Assembly: GCA_031414535.1 (NCBI GenBank)
Contig: JANNVQ010000030.1
Span: 64,001 to 128,000 of the forward strand
Direction: 5' to 3'
Length of the DNA stretch: 64,000 nt
DNA from: Gemmatimonas sp.
GTDB lineage: Bacteria > Gemmatimonadota > Gemmatimonadetes > Gemmatimonadales > Gemmatimonadaceae
Below are positions 1-10,622 of the stretch, one piece after another; the first letter of the stretch is position 1, and each line of letters opens with the position of its first letter. The notes under the pieces were generated by a model that did no database searches, was not told the DNA's origin, and saw only the letters and a list, made by a program, of their open reading frames with translations. Both the position numbers and the translations under genes were made by a program.

Positions 1-350
1 CTTGGTACGCCAACGACCTGCCCCGCCTCTCGCGGATGATGGACGAGATGCCCAACATGACCGTGGAAGTCGGCGCCGTGCTCTATGACATCGGCCGCCA
101 GCCGCGCGCCATGCGCGACTTCTTCATCAAGTACCAAGACCGCATCCTCTTCGGGAAGGATTCGTATCAGCCGGAAGAGTACCCGTACTACTGGCGCGTG
201 TTTGAGACGCGGGACGACTACTTCGATTACTACCGCGACTATCACGCCTTCTGGAAGCTCTACGGCATTGACCTGCCGGATGACGTGCTGCGCAAAGTGT
301 ATGCCGGGAATGCGCAGCGGATACTGCCGCGGATGCGGGGTAGCCGGTAA
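1..350 (+). CDS. Amidohydrolase-family protein, C-terminal fragment (runs off window start)
   Basis: 'DRILFGKD' and 'LPDDVLRKVYAGNAQRIL' resemble the Amidohydro_2 C-terminus; frame open from the window edge. Confidence 0.75.
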   Translation, partial: WYANDLPRLSRMMDEMPNMTVEVGAVLYDIGRQPRAMRDFFIKYQDRILFGKDSYQPEEYPYYWRVFETRDDYFDYYRDYHAFWKLYGIDLPDDVLRKVYAGNAQRILPRMRGSR

Positions 351-357
351 ACCCAGC

Positions 358-816
358 TCAGCGCGGCGCCCGCACTGCCGTCACTTCAATTTCCACGTTC
401 GCCGGCGCCGCCAGCAGGCGCGTGACCTGCACCCACGTCGCAGCCGGCGTGTGCCCGGCATACGCGCGCAGACGCACAGGGTTTGTCGCCGCGAAGGCCT
501 CGATGTCCTTGGCGTAGACGGTCTCCTTCACGACGTCTTGGATGGCGAATCCATTCGCGCGCAGTGTGCGCTCAATGCGACGGTAGATGTTGGTGACTTC
601 ATCAGTGAGTGTGGCGCCGCCACTGACCGTACCGGAGACGTAAATGGTGTTGCCGACGACAATCGCCTGGGCGTAGCCCCATTCCTGCTCACTTGGGGCG
701 TGCTGATGATACAGCGTGCGGTCGCCACGGACGATGCTGGAGTCACGTGCAGGCACCGCTTGGGCCGCGAGTACTGAAGGGACGAGAAGGAAGGCAAGTG
801 CAGGTAGCAGTCTCAT
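358..816 (-). CDS. RidA/YjgF-family protein with signal peptide
   Basis: 'GYAQAIVVGNTIYVSGT' and 'VEIEVTA' motifs; hydrophobic N-terminus ending VLAA-Q. Confidence 0.8.
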   Translation of the reverse strand: MRLLPALAFLLVPSVLAAQAVPARDSSIVRGDRTLYHQHAPSEQEWGYAQAIVVGNTIYVSGTVSGGATLTDEVTNIYRRIERTLRANGFAIQDVVKETVYAKDIEAFAATNPVRLRAYAGHTPAATWVQVTRLLAAPANVEIEVTAVRAPR

Positions 817-911
817 GAATTGTCTCGGATGTGCGGGTGATAGCTGGCCTTACGGACAATCTTTCGGCATTGTTTTGCGTCCGTGGGTTTCCTCACTCTT
901 TGCCGACACGC

Positions 912-1907
912 ATGCCGCGCCGTCTCACCGCTCTCGCCCTTCTCGCCTTCGCGGCCTGCGCTGCCCCCGACTCGGCGGCGGCGCAATCTGCCCCCGCCGC
1001 GCGCCCCGCGTCCTTGGGCCTCGACGCCAACATCACCTTCCTCTACTACCGCGACATCCCGCGCGCCCAACGATTCTACGAGGACGTGCTCGGCCTCACG
1101 CTCACGGTGGATCAAGGCTACTCCAAGATTTATCGCGTATCGCCCACGTCGTACGTGGGGCTCGTAGATGAGTCGCGCGGTTTGCATCGCGCGTCCGCCA
1201 CGAAGCCCGTTACGCTCTCATTCGTGAGCGCTCAGGTGGATGAGTGGTACGCGTATTTGCGCGGGCGTGGCGTGGAGATGGTGCACGAACTCGCCAACGG
1301 CACGCGGCAACCCACCCGCGGCTTCGTCGCCAAGGATCCGGAAGGCTACTACCTCGAGTTTGAGACCTTCCACGACGATCCGCAGAACGCGAGCATTCGG
1401 CCCGCGCTCGAAGGCACGGCACTGCCCGCTCAAGCCACTGAGGCCCAGCGCTGGGTGCGCGACGTCGTGAAGGAGTATCTCTCACAGTTCGGGGACGTGA
1501 GCGACAAGCCAGTCAACTGGGATCCCGCGACGATGATTGAGGCTCGCCTCGTCCCGAGTCTGCGCCAAGCGCTGAGCGATGACCGTGCCGCGGCGAGGGC
1601 AAACAACGACGAAATCGTTGGCCTGGATTTCGACCCCTTCTCCAACTCACAAGACCCCTGCGAGACCTACCGCGCGGGCGCGGTCGCCATGAACGGCGAC
1701 TCCGTCCAAGTCGCCATCCACGCCAACTGCGATTACGGCTCAACCTTATTTCCCGATGCGGTGTACGTACTGGTACGCAGCGGCACGGATTTCCTGATTG
1801 CCGACATCCAGTATCCCGGCAACAGCTCGCTGACGCAGATTCTCAAGTACCTCGCTGAACAGCGCGCACAGCCCGCCGACGCCCGTCCCCCACTCTCGAT
1901 CCGCTAA
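912..1907 (+). CDS. Exported VOC/glyoxalase-fold protein fused to a DUF3828/YbjP-like domain
   Basis: VOC motifs 'FLYYRDIPRAQRFYEDVLGL' and 'KDPEGYYLEF'; C-half has 'GLDFDPFSNSQD' and 'FLIADIQY'; start set at ATG 912 ahead of the signal peptide. Confidence 0.65.
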   Translation: MPRRLTALALLAFAACAAPDSAAAQSAPAARPASLGLDANITFLYYRDIPRAQRFYEDVLGLTLTVDQGYSKIYRVSPTSYVGLVDESRGLHRASATKPVTLSFVSAQVDEWYAYLRGRGVEMVHELANGTRQPTRGFVAKDPEGYYLEFETFHDDPQNASIRPALEGTALPAQATEAQRWVRDVVKEYLSQFGDVSDKPVNWDPATMIEARLVPSLRQALSDDRAAARANNDEIVGLDFDPFSNSQDPCETYRAGAVAMNGDSVQVAIHANCDYGSTLFPDAVYVLVRSGTDFLIADIQYPGNSSLTQILKYLAEQRAQPADARPPLSIR

Positions 1908-2638
1908 TGCAACTCCCCGACCGCACCCCGCTCGGCACCATCATTCTCGCGCTGGGCATCGCCGGCGGCGGATTCCTCGCCGGCCACGGCGTGGTGCGCG
2001 CCAAGGCCGCCGAGCGCTACGTGACGGTGAAGGGTGTGGCCGAGCGTGAGGCCACGGCAGATCTCGCCATCTGGCCGCTGCGTGTGGTGGCGACGAACGA
2101 CGATTTGGCCCGCGCCAACAGCGACCTGCAGACCAGCGTGGGGCGCATCAAGCGCTTTCTGGCGCGGCACGGCGTGGACACCACCCAAATCACACTTCAG
2201 GACTTCGCCGTGCGCGATAAACAGGCCAATGAATACGGGAACAGCGCGAGTGGCCCGCGGTACTTGATCAACCAGACCGTGCTCGTGCGCAGCACGCAGC
2301 CCGATGTAGTTGCTGCGGCGAGCCAGCGAGTCGCCGAGCTCGTGAACGAAGGCGTGGTGCTCTCAAGTGGCGAGCAGTACGGCAACGGCGGTCCGACGTT
2401 CGTGTTCACTGGCCTCAACGCGCTCAAGCCAGAAATGATTGCGCAGGCCACCGCGCGGGCACGCGAAGCCGCCCAGCAGTTCGCCGAGGACGCAGGTTCG
2501 TCGCTCGGCGGTATTCGCCAGGCCAATCAGGGCTACTTCGAGATCCTCCCGCGCGATCAAGCGCAGGGGATCAGCGAAGCATCACAGGTGCGGAAGATGG
2601 TCCGCGTGGTGGCGACCGTGGAGTATCTGCTGAAGTAG
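1907..2638 (+). CDS. SIMPL (DUF541) domain protein
   Basis: 'RYVTVKGVAERE..ADLAIWPL', 'LKPEMIAQAT..AREAAQQFA', 'KMVRVVATVEY'. Confidence 0.85.
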   Translation: MQLPDRTPLGTIILALGIAGGGFLAGHGVVRAKAAERYVTVKGVAEREATADLAIWPLRVVATNDDLARANSDLQTSVGRIKRFLARHGVDTTQITLQDFAVRDKQANEYGNSASGPRYLINQTVLVRSTQPDVVAAASQRVAELVNEGVVLSSGEQYGNGGPTFVFTGLNALKPEMIAQATARAREAAQQFAEDAGSSLGGIRQANQGYFEILPRDQAQGISEASQVRKMVRVVATVEYLLK

Positions 2639-2640
2639 CG

Positions 2641-3090
2641 TTAAGGCTTCGGAATCACCGGCCCGACGCTCTCGACTGGCGGAGCATTCGCTGCCGGTCC
2701 CATCCCGATGCCGCTGATCATGCCTTCGGCATTCAGGTTGATGCGCAGTAGGAAGTCCTCGGGGATGATCGACATCTTCGAGGTACGCCAGTACTGCCGC
2801 TGTCCATTGCGCATGTTCCAGCGCTCTTCCACGACACTGACTTCATCGCCGGCGCGGGTGCCGACCATCGACAACCCCTCGAGGAGCCCGGCCTTTCCGC
2901 CGATGGATTCAAGGGTGGCGGGCGTCAAGCGGGCAACGAGGCTGTCCGCTTCTCCAGCGTAGAAGAACCGCGCCGCGGTGCGCGCACGTTCGAGAGAATC
3001 GGCGGGCAGGGCCGTCTGTGCGGAGGCGGCGGGCACCATGATGGCCGCGGCGGCAAACGCACCGGCGAGACTGCGGGTAAGGCTGAACAT
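2641..3090 (-). CDS. Secreted hypothetical protein (possibly DUF3887-like)
   Basis: Signal peptide ending ASA-Q; fills the gap downstream of argG; C-terminal 'INLNAEGMISGI'. Confidence 0.6.
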   Translation of the reverse strand: MFSLTRSLAGAFAAAAIMVPAASAQTALPADSLERARTAARFFYAGEADSLVARLTPATLESIGGKAGLLEGLSMVGTRAGDEVSVVEERWNMRNGQRQYWRTSKMSIIPEDFLLRINLNAEGMISGIGMGPAANAPPVESVGPVIPKP

Positions 3091-3162
3091 CGCTACCACT
3101 CCGAGCTGAGGGAAAACGCGTGTGCCACTGCCTACGCGCCCTCCCTCCGCTCGGTTTCTCGC

Positions 3163-4545
<1,383 letters not shown>

Positions 4546-4629
4546 CTATAAAAGATAACGCGCCAGACACCCTTGCCGAGGCGATACTGGGCCTGCACCC
4601 TTACCGGACTCCCACACCATTGGACTCCC

Positions 4630-5787
4630 ATGCTGCGCACGCTCGTCCCACAGTTTGCCACGCTCTGCTCCATCGCCGTGCTCGGATCGTGCGCCGCACC
4701 AGAAGAGAGCCGAGAGTATCTCTACGCGTGGACCGCCGGCGCCGATAGCACCCAGCCCGACTTCCTCGCCGTGATTGATGTGACAGAGGGCGCCGAAGCG
4801 GCGGGCAAGGTGCTCACAACGGTGCCCGTACCGGGCCGCCGAAACATGCCGCACCATAGCGAGCACGAGATGGGGCCAGACGGACGGCTCTTCGTCAACG
4901 GCTTTGGCACCGGGCAGAGTTGGGTCTTCGACATGAGCGATCGGGCGCGGCCGACGATTGTCACGCAGTTCGGCGACCTCGGGGGCTACTCGCACCCGCA
5001 TTCGTTCCTGCGCCTGCCAAACGGCAACGTACTCGCCGCGTACCAGATGCAGCATCTTGCCGACGGCATGCGTCCGGGTGGCCTAGTTGAGCTGACCAAA
5101 GACGGCGCGTTGGTGCGAGCCTCCCAGCCGCAGCCGGAGAGCATCACCGCTGCCACGCGCGTCTACTCCGGCGTGATTGTCGAGGCGCTCGACCGCATCG
5201 TCACCACCACCACCGACATGGATGGCGATGACCAAGCCTCGCGGCAAGTTCAAGTGTGGCGACTGTCAGACCTCAGCTTGCTGCACAGCTTTGCCCTCGC
5301 CGACGGCCCGCGCGGTGGCGAGGGAATGTACACGGCCGAGCCGCGACTGCTCGCAGACGGACGCACCGTGCTCGTCTCAACCTTCGCCTGCGGTCTCTAC
5401 CTCTTAGAGGGGCTCGACGGCGACGCGCCGAGCGGAAAGCTCGTGGCATCGTTCCCCGAGAAGGCAAAGACCAACTGTGCGATTCCCGCCGTCGTGGGCA
5501 ACTTCTATCTCGTGACGGTCCCCGCCTACTCGGCGGTTGTCGCACTCGACATCTCCAATCCCTCGGCACCGCGCGAAGTCTCGCGTGTGGCCTTCGACAG
5601 CACCGACGTGCCGCACTGGCTTGCGGTATCACCGAACCAGCGACGGGTGGTCGTCACGGGATACGACACAATGGCGCGTCGCATTGAACTGCTGACGTTT
5701 GACCCACAGACCGGAGCGCTCTCGCGCGACCGAACGATTGCCGACATCGGTGGCGTGCCGCACGGCACGGTGTTCAGTCGTCCGTGA
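4630..5787 (+). CDS. Selenium-binding protein (SBP56)/methanethiol oxidase-like beta-propeller lipoprotein
   Basis: Lipobox 'VLGSC'; 'PDFLAVIDV', 'PHHSEH', 'HPHSF', 'PHW', C-terminal 'PHG'. Confidence 0.65.
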   Translation: MLRTLVPQFATLCSIAVLGSCAAPEESREYLYAWTAGADSTQPDFLAVIDVTEGAEAAGKVLTTVPVPGRRNMPHHSEHEMGPDGRLFVNGFGTGQSWVFDMSDRARPTIVTQFGDLGGYSHPHSFLRLPNGNVLAAYQMQHLADGMRPGGLVELTKDGALVRASQPQPESITAATRVYSGVIVEALDRIVTTTTDMDGDDQASRQVQVWRLSDLSLLHSFALADGPRGGEGMYTAEPRLLADGRTVLVSTFACGLYLLEGLDGDAPSGKLVASFPEKAKTNCAIPAVVGNFYLVTVPAYSAVVALDISNPSAPREVSRVAFDSTDVPHWLAVSPNQRRVVVTGYDTMARRIELLTFDPQTGALSRDRTIADIGGVPHGTVFSRP

Positions 5788-7109
5788 GTGTGAGCGCGCT
5801 AGAGCCGCAACACGAGTCAAAAGCCCCGCCACGCCACCTCGGCCTCGCGGCTGCGGTGGCCATTCTCGTCTCGAATATGGTGGGCACCGGCGTGTTCACC
5901 TCTTTGGGCTTTCAGGTCCTCTCACTCTCCAGCGGCTTCGCCTTACTCGCGCTCTGGGCAGTTGGCGGCCTTCTCGCCCTGAGTGGCGCCCTGTGCTACG
6001 CCGAGCTCGGCGCGATGCATCCCCGCAGTGGCGGCGAGTATGTGTATCTCACGGAAGCCTGGTCGCCGATGTTGGGCTTCATCGGCGGATTTGTCTCAAT
6101 GACCGCGGGCTTCGCGGCGCCCATCGCACTCGCAGCAATCGCCTTCGGGCGCTACGGCGCGCAGGTCTTCGACGTGGCGCCCATGATGGCCACCGTTGCG
6201 GTGCTGGTGTTCGTGGCCTCGGTACATCTAACAGGCGTGAGTCGCGCTCGCATTTTTCAGCTGACCACCACCAGCGTCACCATCGTCATCATTACCGCGT
6301 TCATCGTGACGGGTCTGCTGATTGGCCCTCGTGAGCCAATATCGTTTGCGCCGAGCGGGGCAGCGTGGGGGGAGGTTGGATCCGCGCCCTTCGCCATCTC
6401 ACTGATCTACGTGGTGTATGCCTACACGGGTTGGAATGCCATTGGCTACGTGGCAGGTGAGATTCGTGAGCCACAGCGGACGATCCCACGGGCGATTGTG
6501 GTCGCGGTGCTGCTCGTGGCGGCGATGTACCTGATGCTGCACTGGGTTTTTCTGAGAACCGTACCGATTGATGCCTTACGCGGCACCGTTGAGGTGGGCG
6601 CACTCTCTGGCGGCCGCATTCTCGGTGAGATTGGCGGCCGTGTCATGAGCGGCATCATCGCGCTGGTGCTGGTTGCGACGATCTCCGGTTTCATGCTGGC
6701 TGGCTCACGCGTGACCCAGGCTGTTGGCGCCGGCGTCGGTGGACTTGGCTGGATTGGCGTGCTCAGCGGTGATGGGGTCCCGAGGCGAGCGCTCGGCTTA
6801 CAACTCGCACTCATCACGTTGCTCATTGCCACGGCGAGCTTCGAGGCTGTGCTCGCGTACGCTGGCGTCGTGCTCAATCTCATGAATCTTCTCGCGGTTG
6901 CGGGCCTGATGAAGCTGCGACGCAGCGCACCAGAGATAGCGCGTCCCTTCCGCACGCCCTTGTATCCGTTCACGCCGCTGCTGTTCGCGACGCTCAGTTG
7001 TTGGATGATTACCTTCGTGATGTGGCAACGCCCGAGCGTGATCATTGCTGCGGTTGGCACATTGCTCGTTGGCGCCGTGCTGTTCCGCGTCCTCAGACGC
7101 GCGCGCTGA
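5784..7109 (+). CDS. APC-family amino acid permease
   Basis: 'NMVGTGVF', 'GALCYAELG..HPRSGGEYVYL', 'YAYTGWN', 'RPFRTPLYP'; multiple TM segments. Confidence 0.9.
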   Translation: MSVSALEPQHESKAPPRHLGLAAAVAILVSNMVGTGVFTSLGFQVLSLSSGFALLALWAVGGLLALSGALCYAELGAMHPRSGGEYVYLTEAWSPMLGFIGGFVSMTAGFAAPIALAAIAFGRYGAQVFDVAPMMATVAVLVFVASVHLTGVSRARIFQLTTTSVTIVIITAFIVTGLLIGPREPISFAPSGAAWGEVGSAPFAISLIYVVYAYTGWNAIGYVAGEIREPQRTIPRAIVVAVLLVAAMYLMLHWVFLRTVPIDALRGTVEVGALSGGRILGEIGGRVMSGIIALVLVATISGFMLAGSRVTQAVGAGVGGLGWIGVLSGDGVPRRALGLQLALITLLIATASFEAVLAYAGVVLNLMNLLAVAGLMKLRRSAPEIARPFRTPLYPFTPLLFATLSCWMITFVMWQRPSVIIAAVGTLLVGAVLFRVLRRAR

Positions 7110-7122
7110 GGTAGGTAGTTGC

Positions 7123-7160
7123 AAGACGGCCCGCACTCAGTTCGAGTGCGGGCCGTCTTT
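7123..7160. terminator. Probable bidirectional rho-independent terminator
   Basis: Perfect 16-bp stem aagacggcccgcactc / gagtgcgggccgtctt between convergent genes. Confidence 0.8.
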
Positions 7161-7176
7161 GTAGGACACGGGCTGT

Positions 7177-10152
7177 TTAGCGTCCGGCGTGCAAATCGTT
7201 CCAGTGGAGGATGGCGTTGAATCCGAGGAAGAAGGTTCCATGCGTCTGCCAGCGCCAGAACGGACGAATGGCAAACATGACCACGTGACCATCACCGATC
7301 GGTGCATCCACGACCTGCGCCTTGCCCGCGAGCGCAGACCCGTTGTCGAGCGTGCCGGAAAGGAGAATCTCGCCAGCGTTCTGCGGGAAGGACAGAATCA
7401 CGCGCGGGTTCATGTTGCGTGTGGTCGCCGCGGCTGAGCGCGCGGCTCCGGCATTGGGAGCAGCACCTGCGGCGGCGCGTCCACCCTGTCCGCCAGTAAC
7501 CGCAGCAGCACCGCGCCCGCCGCGCGCCGGAGCTGAAGTTGTCGCTCCTGTACCCGTACTCTCTGTCGCAGCAGGAATTCCTTCGACACTGTTCCAATCC
7601 CACGCCGAGGTGGTCACGGGCGACGCCTGCGGCGTGGTGTTTTGCTGCGAGCGGCTTGCTCCACCGCCACCACCGCCACCGAATCCAGTACCCGCACCAC
7701 CGACAGTGATCACGGGCGCCTGATTGAAGTACACCGGCACCTGCGCGTTATAGCCGTAGGCAATCGGGCTCGTACGGTCGGCCACGATACCGCGCATCAC
7801 CGAGCCGCGCGCAAACAGTCCGGCCGGCTCATCAATGGTGATCCCGGTGGTGAGGTTGTACTCCGGGAAGATGCTCGTGGTGGCCCCTTCAACAATCAGC
7901 GTGCCGCCTTCCTTTACAAACTTCCACAGTTCGAGCAGGCCCTCGTAGCCCATGCCGCCGCGAATGTCCTCGGCGGAATCGTTGAAGCCCAAGTTGGGCG
8001 TTTTGTCTGTGCGCTGATACGGCAGGGGCATCGTGCCGGTCATCGCGATGCCGTTCACCTGTGCCTGCGCGCTACCACCCACGCTGGGATACACGATTAC
8101 GTCATAGCGCGAGCGGAGATTGCCTTCCTTGAGGCGCGTATCGGCGAAGTAGGTATAGGGCACGCCGTAGGTGTCGAGTGCGGCGCGGACCCAGCCTTCG
8201 TCCTGCGTGCGCTGCCAGGAATGGATGTAGCCAATGCGTGGGAGGTCGAGTTCATGCGTGGCCACCGACGGCACCGTCGCCATCGCGAAGCCATTCAAGC
8301 CGAGTTCGCTGAGCACCGGACCAATCTTGCTGGCGTCCGCGTCGGGGATGATGAAGGAGCCCGCGCGAAAGCGACGGCCCGCGACTTCGAAGTCCGCCTC
8401 CGCCGCGCTCATCGCCACATCCTTCAAGCGGAAGCGCATGCTCACGAGCGCGTTGTCCGTGGTGTGATCTACCACCATCACGCGTCCTGTTCCGGTGATA
8501 CCACCCGTCGCGCGCGCCGCCGTGGTGAGACGCGTCATCGCGCGCGTAAGCACGCTTGAATCCGCCACGCCCTGCACCACCACGTTGCGCATCAGCTGAA
8601 AAGTCCAGCCGGTGTCGTCATACGGACGCGGATTGCTCGGCGAGAAGTTCTGCACCGAGAAGTACATATCGGCGAGCGTACGATACGGTTGATCCGCGCG
8701 CACGATGTAATCGCCGCGCTGTACGCGCACATTGCCGAGCGTGTAGGCGGCATCCGCGACGTGAATCTCGAGGCCTTGGCGCTGCAGTTCATTGACTGCG
8801 TCCACGGCATCCACACGACGACGCTGGCCGGCGGGAATCACCCAGGCATACGGCGCCTCGCTACGGCCGCGCGTAACGGAGCGCTTATTCTTGAGCCAAT
8901 AGTTCTCGAGATAGAGGCGACGATTCGTCGCGAAATGGTCGAGAGAGAAAATCAGCGCGGACTGACCGATGTTCACCGAATTGCGTGGCCCCCAAGCGAT
9001 TTCGGGCAGCGGCGGATTCGGCCGAAACCACTCGCGGCTCGTGGTGTTCGGAGCCACGCGAAGATTGGGCTGGTTGTCCGGGCCGTAGTTCTGCACTTCA
9101 TAGAAACGCCCAATCGCATTGTGCGAGTGCGCGGCGAAGAACAGGTAGTTGGGCGTCCAACCATCGTAGAAGCCATAGGTCCACACGCCGGGCACGCCGC
9201 GCTTGGTCATCTCCATCACGTCCACCTGCGCCATCGTCCACCACTCCGTGACCGTGATGGGATCTAGCCATTCGTTGTACGGGCCAGTGCCGGTCGAGGT
9301 GTAGAGATAGGACACGGACTCGTGCAAGTCGTGCATCACCTGCGGCGTCCACTCGAGGAAAAGCTTGTTGGTGTTACGCGTAAGCGCGAGGAACTGCCCC
9401 ATGCCATCACGATTGTTGTCGTGCGCTACGTACTTGCCCCAGTACATGAGCGGCAAGCGCGCTTCGCCGGCCGGGCGGGTCTTGTTGAAGTAGTAGGTGT
9501 CCACCTGACGCTCACGGCCATCTACTTCGAGCACGGGCGTGATGAATACGATGCTGTTGTCGCGGATGTTCTGGATAATCGGCTGCTCAGACACCGCGAG
9601 GCGGTACGCCAGCTCCATCAACATCTCGGGGCCACCGGTCTCGCCGGAGTGCAAGCCAGACGTCACCCAATAAATGGGCTTCGTGGTGTTGATTAGTTCG
9701 CGAGCCCGCGCGTCATTGGTGCGACGCGTATCCGTGAGTTCCTTCAGCTGGTCACGATGCTGTTCGAGATTGGCGATGGTCCGCTCATCGGACGCCGCGA
9801 GCACGTACATATCGCGGCCTTCCTCTGACGTCCCGATCTTCCACACCTTGATGCGATCGCTCGCGGCGTCGAGCGCCTGGTAGTAACGATGGATGTCCGC
9901 CGCGTACGTGAGTTCGCCGGGAGTGCCCACCACGCGGCCCAAGAAGGCCAGCGGCGTGGGAACCGTGGCCGACGCCGGCAGATGATCCACCAACTCCGTG
10001 GTAATACGCGAATCCTGCAAGAGCGCACGAATCTGGCGCGTGTACGCGGTGTCGTTGGGCTGCTGCGACCGTGGAGAGATCTGCGCGAGCAGCAGCGAGG
10101 GGCTGAGTGCGGCGGCGATTAGGAAAGCGCGCGCGCGTGCGGCAACGGACAT
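7177..10152 (-). CDS. Secreted M14-family zinc carboxypeptidase
   Basis: 'GLHSGE', 'HDNNRD', 'HDLHE' zinc/active-site motifs; signal peptide; Gly/Ala-rich insertion near the C-terminus. Confidence 0.88.
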   Translation of the reverse strand: MSVAARARAFLIAAALSPSLLLAQISPRSQQPNDTAYTRQIRALLQDSRITTELVDHLPASATVPTPLAFLGRVVGTPGELTYAADIHRYYQALDAASDRIKVWKIGTSEEGRDMYVLAASDERTIANLEQHRDQLKELTDTRRTNDARARELINTTKPIYWVTSGLHSGETGGPEMLMELAYRLAVSEQPIIQNIRDNSIVFITPVLEVDGRERQVDTYYFNKTRPAGEARLPLMYWGKYVAHDNNRDGMGQFLALTRNTNKLFLEWTPQVMHDLHESVSYLYTSTGTGPYNEWLDPITVTEWWTMAQVDVMEMTKRGVPGVWTYGFYDGWTPNYLFFAAHSHNAIGRFYEVQNYGPDNQPNLRVAPNTTSREWFRPNPPLPEIAWGPRNSVNIGQSALIFSLDHFATNRRLYLENYWLKNKRSVTRGRSEAPYAWVIPAGQRRRVDAVDAVNELQRQGLEIHVADAAYTLGNVRVQRGDYIVRADQPYRTLADMYFSVQNFSPSNPRPYDDTGWTFQLMRNVVVQGVADSSVLTRAMTRLTTAARATGGITGTGRVMVVDHTTDNALVSMRFRLKDVAMSAAEADFEVAGRRFRAGSFIIPDADASKIGPVLSELGLNGFAMATVPSVATHELDLPRIGYIHSWQRTQDEGWVRAALDTYGVPYTYFADTRLKEGNLRSRYDVIVYPSVGGSAQAQVNGIAMTGTMPLPYQRTDKTPNLGFNDSAEDIRGGMGYEGLLELWKFVKEGGTLIVEGATTSIFPEYNLTTGITIDEPAGLFARGSVMRGIVADRTSPIAYGYNAQVPVYFNQAPVITVGGAGTGFGGGGGGGASRSQQNTTPQASPVTTSAWDWNSVEGIPAATESTGTGATTSAPARGGRGAAAVTGGQGGRAAAGAAPNAGAARSAAATTRNMNPRVILSFPQNAGEILLSGTLDNGSALAGKAQVVDAPIGDGHVVMFAIRPFWRWQTHGTFFLGFNAILHWNDLHAGR

Positions 10153-10238
10153 CTGAACTCCGATTGCTGGTGGTGGGAACGTCCGATGAAACTACGCGCC
10201 ACGGCGCCGGAACGCTCGCGACGAGTTATTCTCTCCGT

Positions 10239-10622
10239 ATGGCCCGCGCAATCGACCCCGCCCTCGCGAAGCTGCGTGCAGTTTGCCTCGCGCTTCCCGA
10301 CGCGCACGAGGTGCCAGCGTGGGGCACCTTCACGTGGCGCACCAAGAAGATTTTTGCGATGTACGCCATGCCCTCAGACTCCAAGCATAGTGGAGGCAGG
10401 CCTGGCGTGTGGCTGGCCGCGGCGAAGGGCAACCAAGCGCTGATGGTTCGCGACCGGCCGGAGCGCTTTTACGTGCCGCCCTACGTGGGCGCGAGCGGCT
10501 GGATTGGTGTCTGGCTCGACAAGCGCGCGCCGTGGAGGGAGATCGCTGCGCTCGTGGAGGACTCGTGGCGGCTCACGGCGCTCAGGCGCACGGTGAACAA
10601 GCGCACGGTGAACAAGCGCTAA
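10239..10622 (+). CDS. MmcQ/YjbR-family protein
   Basis: 'LRAVCLALP', 'KKIFAM', 'RFYVPPYVGASGWIGVWL', 'LVEDSWRL'. Confidence 0.85.
   Translation: MARAIDPALAKLRAVCLALPDAHEVPAWGTFTWRTKKIFAMYAMPSDSKHSGGRPGVWLAAAKGNQALMVRDRPERFYVPPYVGASGWIGVWLDKRAPWREIAALVEDSWRLTALRRTVNKRTVNKR
10586..10615 (+). repeat. 15-bp perfect tandem duplication (gcgcacggtgaacaa x2) at the MmcQ 3' end
   Basis: Read directly; encodes RTVNK-RTVNK. Confidence 0.9.

Noticed and set aside
7430..7700. Gly/Ala/Arg low-complexity stretch in the M14 peptidase as a repeat element
   Set aside because: In-frame flexible insertion; it also shows that RG dipeptides occur outside the caspase locus
10586..10615. 15-bp duplication as a target-site duplication
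   Set aside because: The copies are adjacent with no intervening element; most likely replication slippage
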